DNA of 64,000 bases from a virus (lineage: Duplodnaviria > Caudoviricetes): positions 31,137 to 95,136 of IMG/VR virus record IMGVR_UViG_3300032216_001476. One strand, given 5' to 3'. The notes under the pieces are model-generated. The model was not told where the DNA came from. It saw nothing but the letters and a program-made list of their open reading frames with translations, and ran no database searches. Shown here one piece after another: positions 46,957 through 55,768 of the stretch. A program made the translations under genes and the position numbers. Position 1 is the first letter of the stretch; each line of letters opens with the position of its first letter.

Positions 46957-49900
46957 TTACTTACATATTTTTTTAACGTCTTTCAAATTATTTGTACGAA
47001 TGCTAAAAGGAGGTTCACTATCATCTATATCACCAATACTTGATGCAGACTCTCCAAAATTGATATCTAAATCTAGCAAACCTGTAGAAGCATCTGTTTT
47101 GGTTTGTTCTTCAGATATACCCATAACACTATTCACATAAGATGGAATATCACCTTGAACATAAGTAACTCTACCATTATAATCTAATTTAACATTTGAT
47201 AAATCAAAACCAGGTAACAATATCTTGTTTTGATCTTTTTGAATTTTAGCTTTATTAGAATCTGCAATTTTACTCATATCTTCTTTACTTGTAATAGTGG
47301 AAAATATATTTAAGAAACCATTTTTGCCAGTTGTATAATGACTCAAAGCATCTGCTGTAGATACAATTTTAACTTCTATTGGCAAGTTATCAATTTTTTC
47401 AGTCTTAACCTTATCCATCAACTCTAAATTTTTAGAGAGTTCTTTAATCAACTCATTAGAGAATCCCATATTCTTTAGAATTGGTTCAATGGTTTGATAA
47501 TGAGTTTTAGTTTCATTATTTAAAGCTTTGGCTAAATCATGAGTGTATACCATAAGCTTTAACATATTGGGATCACCGCCATATTTAGAAGACAAATCAT
47601 CAACAATAGCTTCTACTACTTTTAAATGATGTTCAACATACCAATCTTTGTGATCTGGTCTTTCTTTAAAACCAGTGTTGTACATTTGTTTAAGATCAGT
47701 TATTTGAACTAAGTTTATAGGTTTATCAAGAGGAGCTTTGTTAATCTGACTATCTATTATATCTTTTACCTGTGCTATATATCTAAATTTCCCTGTTAAG
47801 AAATTAGTAATAAGATCATCGTTGATTCCTAACTTATTAAGATTACCATTACGAAATGAATTTACAAATCCTTTTACAGTTTTCAATCTATCACTTTCAT
47901 CTTCTATATTCATATAATCTTTTAAAAGAAGAGACAGATCTTGTAAGACATTTTTTGTAACAATTAAGTCATTTTGTACATTGGATTTTTTAGTACCAGC
48001 TTCTTGTGCATCTAATTGTATTTTAAATTCAGAAGTAAGATATTTAGTAACTATCTTCATTTCAGACATAGACATGTCTCTTAACTTTTTACCAGCTTTT
48101 AATTCTTTATAAAGTTCTTTTGCTATTTCGATATCATACTTACGATCAATTTCATCTATTATCTTAGGTGCTAATATTGCAGCATTATATTGTTCTTTAG
48201 TTATCTTTGAAAGTGCTGGATCATTTCTTAAAGCATCAGTAGATATATTTATTTGTTTTTCAGCATAAGCATAAGTATTGTCTATATTACTTTTAAAAGT
48301 TAAAGTGGCTATAGTATTATTATCACCTTCATAAAAACCCTGTATTAAAACATATGGAGCTTTTTGTTTTATTTCTTCTTTTCTTTTGTTTTCTATATTA
48401 GTTTTAGTATTTGTAGAAACAGGAGCTGTAGGTGCTGCAGGAGCAGGGGGAGGATTAGTTGTAGTAGTTTTTTGTTCTAAATCTTTTAAGTTATTATCAT
48501 TAGGAGTATAACTAAAGTTTACAACAGGATTAGCAAAATGTACATATGGACTATCAGGATTAGATGGATCAACAGGACGACCTTTTTCTATATTAGTTTC
48601 AAGTATATTCATAATATACTCGTTATAGGTCATTGGTTTTGATTTTACAACTTGTTTTTTATTATTATCATATGAAAGAAATTGCATTTTTACATTTGAA
48701 TTAATACCATTTGCTGTATCTGAACTTGCCTTTACTGTATAATAAAGACTTTTTAATTTTTCCTGTAATTGTTTAGATTTATCACCAAATCTAAATTCTT
48801 TTAAACTTTCTATATATAATATATCTTTAGGTTTTGTTTTATCCTTTACTACCCAAACTACTAATTCTCCTGTAGGAGTAATGTTCATTTGACCTGTTCC
48901 TTCTTTTAATAAAGGATTATAATCTTTTTTGTTAGATCTAAAAGTTACATAATCATTTATATAATTTTTTAAAATATTGAAGTCAATATTAAATTTTTCA
49001 TCATACTCATTACCGTATGCTGCATAAATTGCTTTTACAACATTTTTATATTTTTCTAATTCAGCACCAGTCTTACGAGTTTCTGTTTTATTATTTAGTT
49101 CATGAAAAGCAATCCACCCTTCTATAATTAAATTAGTATGTTGTTCTGCTAATTTAGGAACAGAAGCAAAACTAAATAATTGTTTTTCAGTGGGAGTGTC
49201 AATAAAGAATACAGGAAAACCTTCTATATTTTTAAGATTTTTGTTTCCAATAAAATTATCTGGATCTAAAGTTTCATTAGTACCCACTCTAATTTTTCCA
49301 CCTTTAATAATTCCTAGTTTAGTTTTAGGATGTAATACTTGAGATAATTTATTTAAATTTCGTTTTCCTCCTTCACTCTCATCTAGTCTTAGTTTACCTA
49401 AAGATTTTCTATTAACGTTAGCATATAATTCAAATTTTGTATTAGAATTATGTCCTTTAAAAATAGTTTCACGTAAGTCTTTAACAAACCTTATTTGATT
49501 TTCTAAGTTATTAATTTGCTCACCAGAAGGACCTTTGGTAAATTCTACAACATTCATTGTATTACCATCAGGATATCTAGCAGTTAACCAAGACATAGTA
49601 GGAAGATGACCTAATAATACTTTTTCTCCATTAACAATTGTTTCTATTTTTATAGGAAACTCATCTTTTACATTATCATGCACTTTGTTATCAACTGTAA
49701 AAAAATTACTTCTTTTACGAGTTTTTGTATCAGTTGGATCTAAAACATTTTCTTCTTCAAAATCATCAACATCATAATTAGCTGATATTATTAATTTAGT
49801 TCCAATGTTTATTGCTTTAGTTCCTAATACTAATGGATAATTTGGAGATGCTGTTGTTCTTTTTCTATCAACTCTATTAGCACTAACAACAGTCATTTCA

Positions 49901-52900
49901 TATTCATCACTACGATTGTTTACTTTTATACCACTTACCACCTTATCACTTCCTCCAAATATGATACCTCTTGTTTGATCAAAAGCATCAATTATTTTTT
50001 GAAGAATTGTATTTATAACACTGTTACGTGTATCCTGTACATTTTGTATTTCTCCATTTTCAAACTCATCTGGATCATTTTGATTAGTTGGTGCAGGAGC
50101 AGGTGTCACTTTACTTTTGATATTTCTACCTTTAAAAATATCAATCATTTGAAGAACCTCATTATGTAAATAAGGTTCACCAGCAATTATTATATTTGAG
50201 TCTGTTATAAGCTCTACTAACTTATCATCAATAAGATCTCCTTTATGAATAACATAAGGACCTAATTTAATACTATCTAAAAAGGTTGTACCAAAAAAAT
50301 CATTAGGTAATTCTTCTCCACCTTCTTCATCATCCACAAAATCTTCAGGTAATTCAGCCGGTTCAGTAGTATCTTTTTTAGTGTTTAAAGATTCTTTTTT
50401 ATCATACTTATCGTTATATGTTTTGATATAAGGATTAGCATCTTCGCTAGTCTTCCACTCTTCAAATGGTTTAGAAATATTATTTTTTGACTTTTCTAAA
50501 TCATATAGATTTTTTAGATAGTCATCTAATTTAGGAATAGCATTTCCTAAAAAATCAAAATCTTGAGGCTCAACATCAAATTCACTTGTATCTACAAGAT
50601 CCTCAAAATTCTCTGAACCTTGTTGTGGTTCTTCATCTATATCAGTAATATCTCTATCAGAGTTATCTGTCTCTATTTTATTATTAATAACCTGGGTAAT
50701 TGTTTCATCAAAATTGGCTAAGAAGTTTTTCTTACCATTTTTAAAATCAGCAAAACTTGCCCATTCTTTACCTAGTTTCTTTACAGTATTTTCTAAAGAA
50801 CCTAGATAATACATTCTCTTTACAAGAGGAGTTAAGAGTGTAGGATCATTACGTTCATTTTTTTCATACTGATAAAATCCTTTACTATCTTGTTTTAAAT
50901 CTTTTACACTTAACTCATTGGTTTTCAATAAGTTATCATACTCTTCTTGAAGTTCTTGTCTATTCTTTTCAGCTACAGCTAATGATGTTTTTTTACTAGA
51001 CTTATTGGTTTTTAAATCATCAATATACTTATCCATGTCTTGAATTCTCAATTTCAACATGTTAAGTTGATCTACAATACCATCACTCAAAGAACTATTT
51101 TCAGGAGTTAATATTTGATTTTTAACTTCATTTAACATCCTGTTTTCATCTACTCTTAGATTTCTATAGACAGCTTGTTGTGCAGCAAGTTCTGTAAGTT
51201 TTATTTTACGTGCTTGATCTTCTGGAGTACCATCATACAAAATATCATTATTGATTATTTTATTTTGTTTAATAATAGTGTCAGCAAGACTTCTATATCT
51301 ATTTATTTGATCAGCAGAAGTTTCATCTGGTGCAAAACCAAACTTAGCAAGTTCTTCAGGAGTTGCAGTTGATAAAGCATCTAATTTTGTTTTTAACTTA
51401 TCCTCTTGTCCAATTTGAATATGAGCAATAACAAAATCAGCAAATGCGTTATCTCTTAATAAATTACGTATAGATAAGTTTTCTTGTTTATCTGAAGCAA
51501 CCATGATTCCACTATTCATCGAAACAGATGAAATAATAGAATCTAATTTCTTTTGATCTATAACGGGTTTATTATTACTATCAAATACTATTTTTTCCTT
51601 TTTAACTTCTTCACCATTTTCATCTTTACTTACAATAGTTTCAGTTAAATAAGGATTACCAAATTTCAACCAGCTTTGTTGAGCTTGGTTGTACATTGTA
51701 ATAGCCTGTTCTGTAGTTAACTTATCTCTTTTAGATTGTATTCTATTTGCAATTGCAGTTTGACCACCACCAAGAATAGCACCAAGTCCTATACTTTTTT
51801 CAGCTTCAATATTAGGTTTGTCACCTAATCCAAATACATCTCTTGTTTGCTGATATGTTTTTTTAGCAACATTAGCATAGTTATTTAAATCAAGTACATC
51901 AGCTATTTTACCAGCAGCACCAAGTTCTTCATGATATTTTTGTATTGCAAGCTGTCCATTTTCTTCTACAAAACCTTCTCTAAAAGTACCTGATATAACA
52001 TCTTTTGCAATAGTTGCATATTTATTACTAAGTATTTTACCCAACTTTGAACTAGCTTCTTTCACTGCAGCTTCTTCACCAAATCTAGTCATTGATGCTA
52101 TATTACCAATTGCACCATCTGCCTTACCTAATATTTTATTTACAAGTGGTAATTCAAATAAGTTAGTAGCACCCAATAAAACAGCATTCATTAAGAATGT
52201 ATCTTTTGTGTTACTACCTATAATTTTCTTTTTCTCTTCTTCAGTATAATTAGAATCTTTTAAAGACTCTGTTAAAACATCTTTTACACCCTTTGCTTCA
52301 AACATAGATTCAGATGAAGTAGCTAACGCCCACGCATTAAACTTATCTATAGTTTTAGCATATTTTGCTGCATTTTGAAAATAGTTTGCTACTGATTCTG
52401 CACCCTCTATACTAGCTCCTAAAGTTTCAGCACCAACTCTACCAAGTCTAGAAAGACCAGTAATAGCTCCTTTAGCTAATCCTAATTTACTTAATGCCAT
52501 ACCAGGTATCCATGCAGATGCCATAAATGCTGCACCATCTACAAAATCTTCTGCCCAAAAGTTTGCATCACCTAAACTTTTAAAAAATCCCTGATCTCTA
52601 TCTTCAGCTTCTTGAAAAGTAGGTAACCAATTGTTCTTTATAGAGTTTTCCCATGTATCAAAAAATCCAGATATACTATTATCTGCTACAGCAGAAAAAT
52701 ATCCATTTTCATCAACCCAATTAACAGGATTAACTAATGCTCCTAAAAATCCAACACCACTACCCACTTTAGTTGCTACAAGTGTAGGTAATTTTAATAA
52801 TCCAATTCCTAATTTATTAATTCCACTTTGTCTTTGTGCATAGAAATCTTCATTATCTAATATAGGACTAAAACCAAACTTAGCATCTAAAAATCTACCT

Positions 52901-53187
52901 TCCGTATTTTCCCCTGGAATAGTTCTATACTCTTTAAATAATTCAGGTCTTCTAAATGATTCTGACTTTGAAAGTTTGTTTTCAAAAAATTGTTGAGCAT
53001 CTAAGAAACTAGAACTAGTAACAGGAGGAGGTACTGTATTAGTTTTTTGAGGCGTACCACCACCTCCAACATTACCATCAGTAGTGGGTGCAGGTATACC
53101 ACCTGTATCAGGAGTTTGATTATTTTCAACATCAATATTCTCTACAGTACCAAGATTATTATCTACAGTATTAAAATTTTCAAGCAT
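46957..53187 (-). CDS. large virion cargo/ejection protein with C-terminal HD domain
   Basis: 2076 aa; Gly/Ala-rich hydrophobic N-terminal region, coiled coils, acidic linkers, HH..THDLAK..ADALSH. Confidence 0.78.
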   Translation of the reverse strand: MLENFNTVDNNLGTVENIDVENNQTPDTGGIPAPTTDGNVGGGGTPQKTNTVPPPVTSSSFLDAQQFFENKLSKSESFRRPELFKEYRTIPGENTEGRFLDAKFGFSPILDNEDFYAQRQSGINKLGIGLLKLPTLVATKVGSGVGFLGALVNPVNWVDENGYFSAVADNSISGFFDTWENSIKNNWLPTFQEAEDRDQGFFKSLGDANFWAEDFVDGAAFMASAWIPGMALSKLGLAKGAITGLSRLGRVGAETLGASIEGAESVANYFQNAAKYAKTIDKFNAWALATSSESMFEAKGVKDVLTESLKDSNYTEEEKKKIIGSNTKDTFLMNAVLLGATNLFELPLVNKILGKADGAIGNIASMTRFGEEAAVKEASSKLGKILSNKYATIAKDVISGTFREGFVEENGQLAIQKYHEELGAAGKIADVLDLNNYANVAKKTYQQTRDVFGLGDKPNIEAEKSIGLGAILGGGQTAIANRIQSKRDKLTTEQAITMYNQAQQSWLKFGNPYLTETIVSKDENGEEVKKEKIVFDSNNKPVIDQKKLDSIISSVSMNSGIMVASDKQENLSIRNLLRDNAFADFVIAHIQIGQEDKLKTKLDALSTATPEELAKFGFAPDETSADQINRYRSLADTIIKQNKIINNDILYDGTPEDQARKIKLTELAAQQAVYRNLRVDENRMLNEVKNQILTPENSSLSDGIVDQLNMLKLRIQDMDKYIDDLKTNKSSKKTSLAVAEKNRQELQEEYDNLLKTNELSVKDLKQDSKGFYQYEKNERNDPTLLTPLVKRMYYLGSLENTVKKLGKEWASFADFKNGKKNFLANFDETITQVINNKIETDNSDRDITDIDEEPQQGSENFEDLVDTSEFDVEPQDFDFLGNAIPKLDDYLKNLYDLEKSKNNISKPFEEWKTSEDANPYIKTYNDKYDKKESLNTKKDTTEPAELPEDFVDDEEGGEELPNDFFGTTFLDSIKLGPYVIHKGDLIDDKLVELITDSNIIIAGEPYLHNEVLQMIDIFKGRNIKSKVTPAPAPTNQNDPDEFENGEIQNVQDTRNSVINTILQKIIDAFDQTRGIIFGGSDKVVSGIKVNNRSDEYEMTVVSANRVDRKRTTASPNYPLVLGTKAINIGTKLIISANYDVDDFEEENVLDPTDTKTRKRSNFFTVDNKVHDNVKDEFPIKIETIVNGEKVLLGHLPTMSWLTARYPDGNTMNVVEFTKGPSGEQINNLENQIRFVKDLRETIFKGHNSNTKFELYANVNRKSLGKLRLDESEGGKRNLNKLSQVLHPKTKLGIIKGGKIRVGTNETLDPDNFIGNKNLKNIEGFPVFFIDTPTEKQLFSFASVPKLAEQHTNLIIEGWIAFHELNNKTETRKTGAELEKYKNVVKAIYAAYGNEYDEKFNIDFNILKNYINDYVTFRSNKKDYNPLLKEGTGQMNITPTGELVVWVVKDKTKPKDILYIESLKEFRFGDKSKQLQEKLKSLYYTVKASSDTANGINSNVKMQFLSYDNNKKQVVKSKPMTYNEYIMNILETNIEKGRPVDPSNPDSPYVHFANPVVNFSYTPNDNNLKDLEQKTTTTNPPPAPAAPTAPVSTNTKTNIENKRKEEIKQKAPYVLIQGFYEGDNNTIATLTFKSNIDNTYAYAEKQINISTDALRNDPALSKITKEQYNAAILAPKIIDEIDRKYDIEIAKELYKELKAGKKLRDMSMSEMKIVTKYLTSEFKIQLDAQEAGTKKSNVQNDLIVTKNVLQDLSLLLKDYMNIEDESDRLKTVKGFVNSFRNGNLNKLGINDDLITNFLTGKFRYIAQVKDIIDSQINKAPLDKPINLVQITDLKQMYNTGFKERPDHKDWYVEHHLKVVEAIVDDLSSKYGGDPNMLKLMVYTHDLAKALNNETKTHYQTIEPILKNMGFSNELIKELSKNLELMDKVKTEKIDNLPIEVKIVSTADALSHYTTGKNGFLNIFSTITSKEDMSKIADSNKAKIQKDQNKILLPGFDLSNVKLDYNGRVTYVQGDIPSYVNSVMGISEEQTKTDASTGLLDLDINFGESASSIGDIDDSEPPFSIRTNNLKDVKKICK

Positions 53188-53191
53188 AAGA

Positions 53192-55708
53192 TTATTTTAA
53201 ACTTCCTTCAACAAGTTGTATTGTGTGCATTGGATTACTACGCATTTCACTTATTAATGTAACAAGTTGTAGTGGATCTTTAATCGGTGTATTTACACCA
53301 GCAATTGGCATATCTCCATTATCAGCATATAAATAATAATCGTAATCTAACACTTTAGTTCCATCAACACCAGGTACTTCTCTAGCTATACGTTTCCATT
53401 GGAAATTATAATTAAGACCAGGCATTGTAAAAGGTGGACTTGTTAAAGTATAAACACCTGATTGTTCTTTTCTACCTGCAGCGGGGGTAGCAGCACTACT
53501 ATAAAGTGATCTTTCAAAAGGAGTTAAACCTTGTAATACATTAGTACCTTGCATATCTACAGAAAACATTCCACTTTCTTCATTATACTTAATGTTCTTA
53601 AGACCAGGAAATTCTTTCATGAATTCATCAGCAGAAAGTTTCTTGTCTTTAAGACTAAACATCATATCACCTGTAAGTCTATTAACACCTCTAAGAATTA
53701 CATCTTTTCCTGTAATAGCTTCTACAGCACCTTTCTTAGCTTTATAAAATTCTGAATTAGGATCTAGTATAGATAACGTAGCATTATTTATCATACTATT
53801 TTCATAGACATCTGTTCTTATTTTATTAACCTTTTGTCCTAAATTAGAACTATTTATATCAATCATAGACTGAATAACAGAACTTAAAACTTTATTTTGA
53901 GGATCTCTAAGATCAATTGTTTTACCTTTAATAGTAATGGATTTATTAAAAAAAGGAGACATCCCTGGAAGAGTTAATAAATTAGCTCCAACATCAATTT
54001 TAACTGCACCTGTTTTCCATGCATTATACAATTCAGCAATACTCATATTAAATCTTTGACCATTACCTAAATTAAAATTAATTCCATTTCTAGAAATATT
54101 ATTTAGGTTTTGATTTAAAGCTTGAAGATCTGTACCTGCTTGTTTACCAACTTCACTTTCTAATTGTTTTTTAATAATAGAAACATTCTGTCTAGTAAAT
54201 GCGTGAGGTTGTACTCCCTGTGTCCAGTTTTGAAAAGCTTGAAAATCAGATATGTTTTTAGAATCTAAAAGTTGACCATTATCTCTATACTTATATCCTG
54301 TTAATTTACCTGTTTTATCTATAACAGGAACTATATTAGTTGATAGATCACTATATTTTTTAATAAAAGTTTTTACAGCTTCTGGGTCTCCAGGTAATCC
54401 TAATGAAATCAAGTGTCCAGATAATCTAGTATTTTCACTTTCAATACCCATTTGAGCTTGTAAATCATCATTATCTAAACCTGCTACACCATAACCTGAA
54501 ACCTCAGATTGTTTCATCACCATATAATCACCAGTATAAGCATCTTTAGCTTCTTTACCACTTTTCTTGGATTCTTTTTCTGAATCTAATAAAGCTTTTT
54601 GTAGCTCAAACATTTGTTGTTTTCTTTGTCTTTCATCTAATTTTTGTTGTGTATATATGGTAGTCCATATACTATTAGGTGCAACAGTAGTTTCTACATC
54701 TTTACGTTGAGCAGATTTACCAAATTCATCTAGTTTCTCATTTAAATATAGATTACCTGCAATTCTATCTTTTGATGCTTTAAGTTTTACAGGATCCATA
54801 GTTAATAAACTATTTAGATCTTCTGAATGTTCTAACTTTTTTGTTTGATAGTATTCTATATTAGCTTTTATAGTATCTTTTTCCTGCTTGGTTTTAGCTA
54901 GTTTATCATATGCTTCTAGTCTTTTGATTTCATCATCTATAGACTTGACAGTAGAATTATATTTAGATTGATAAACTGATTTTAAACTTTCAGGAGAGTT
55001 ACCATATTTCACTACACCTTCAATTTCAATCTGTTTTTTATCTTGCTCATCTAAATAAGAATCAAGAAACTTTCTAAATTCTGCAGAATCTACACTAGTA
55101 GTTTTTCTATTGTAAATATAAGCTCCATCAATTATAGGTTCTGTATTTACAGTGGGCTTAAATTTTTCATAAGCTTCTAAAAATTTCTTACTATAATCTT
55201 TATATGGAGTGTAGTATCTACGATTACCATAGTATGACTGCCAGGAATTAGGATTATCTCTTGCAAATTCTTCTTTTTGCATCATAAGATATCTAACATT
55301 ATAGTCACTATATTCTTTACCACCGTCTTTATTTCTGTAATTGTTAGCAATATCTATTTGTTGATTAAAGTGATCAGCTAACGCCATATCACCTAATACA
55401 TTAGTATTATTTACAAATGGTTGAAATACATCTAAAGCAGCTTTTACATTTTGAGAACGGGAAAGATCTAGTGCTGATACGTCTTTTAAATTAGTTTTTA
55501 CTTGAGAAATAAATTGATCCCGTGTTTTTGCATTCTCAGGATTAATAACTTCTCTACTTATATACTTATATTTATTAGATATATCAGATAACCCTTGTTG
55601 ATACATGGCTTGTCTACGCTTGAGCATAGTATCCATATATCCAAAGTCTGGAGTGTATAGTGACGGATCTGGAAAAACGTCTGTTACATTTGGTATAAAA
55701 CTTGCCAT
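53192..55708 (-). CDS. virion cargo protein
   Basis: 838 aa, helical N-half, Cys-free, upstream of the giant proteins. Confidence 0.65.
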   Translation of the reverse strand: MASFIPNVTDVFPDPSLYTPDFGYMDTMLKRRQAMYQQGLSDISNKYKYISREVINPENAKTRDQFISQVKTNLKDVSALDLSRSQNVKAALDVFQPFVNNTNVLGDMALADHFNQQIDIANNYRNKDGGKEYSDYNVRYLMMQKEEFARDNPNSWQSYYGNRRYYTPYKDYSKKFLEAYEKFKPTVNTEPIIDGAYIYNRKTTSVDSAEFRKFLDSYLDEQDKKQIEIEGVVKYGNSPESLKSVYQSKYNSTVKSIDDEIKRLEAYDKLAKTKQEKDTIKANIEYYQTKKLEHSEDLNSLLTMDPVKLKASKDRIAGNLYLNEKLDEFGKSAQRKDVETTVAPNSIWTTIYTQQKLDERQRKQQMFELQKALLDSEKESKKSGKEAKDAYTGDYMVMKQSEVSGYGVAGLDNDDLQAQMGIESENTRLSGHLISLGLPGDPEAVKTFIKKYSDLSTNIVPVIDKTGKLTGYKYRDNGQLLDSKNISDFQAFQNWTQGVQPHAFTRQNVSIIKKQLESEVGKQAGTDLQALNQNLNNISRNGINFNLGNGQRFNMSIAELYNAWKTGAVKIDVGANLLTLPGMSPFFNKSITIKGKTIDLRDPQNKVLSSVIQSMIDINSSNLGQKVNKIRTDVYENSMINNATLSILDPNSEFYKAKKGAVEAITGKDVILRGVNRLTGDMMFSLKDKKLSADEFMKEFPGLKNIKYNEESGMFSVDMQGTNVLQGLTPFERSLYSSAATPAAGRKEQSGVYTLTSPPFTMPGLNYNFQWKRIAREVPGVDGTKVLDYDYYLYADNGDMPIAGVNTPIKDPLQLVTLISEMRSNPMHTIQLVEGSLK

Positions 55709-55768
55709 AATCTACATTAATAATATACAAAAAAATCTATCAAGTTTAGAATTAAACTTTAAAAGTTT
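55709..55768 (-). promoter_or_regulatory. candidate late promoter plus palindrome (copy 2)
   Basis: minus-strand GTATATTAT-N3-TGTAGATT abutting the ATG; palindrome AAACTT-TAA-AAGTTT at 55754-55768. Confidence 0.6.
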
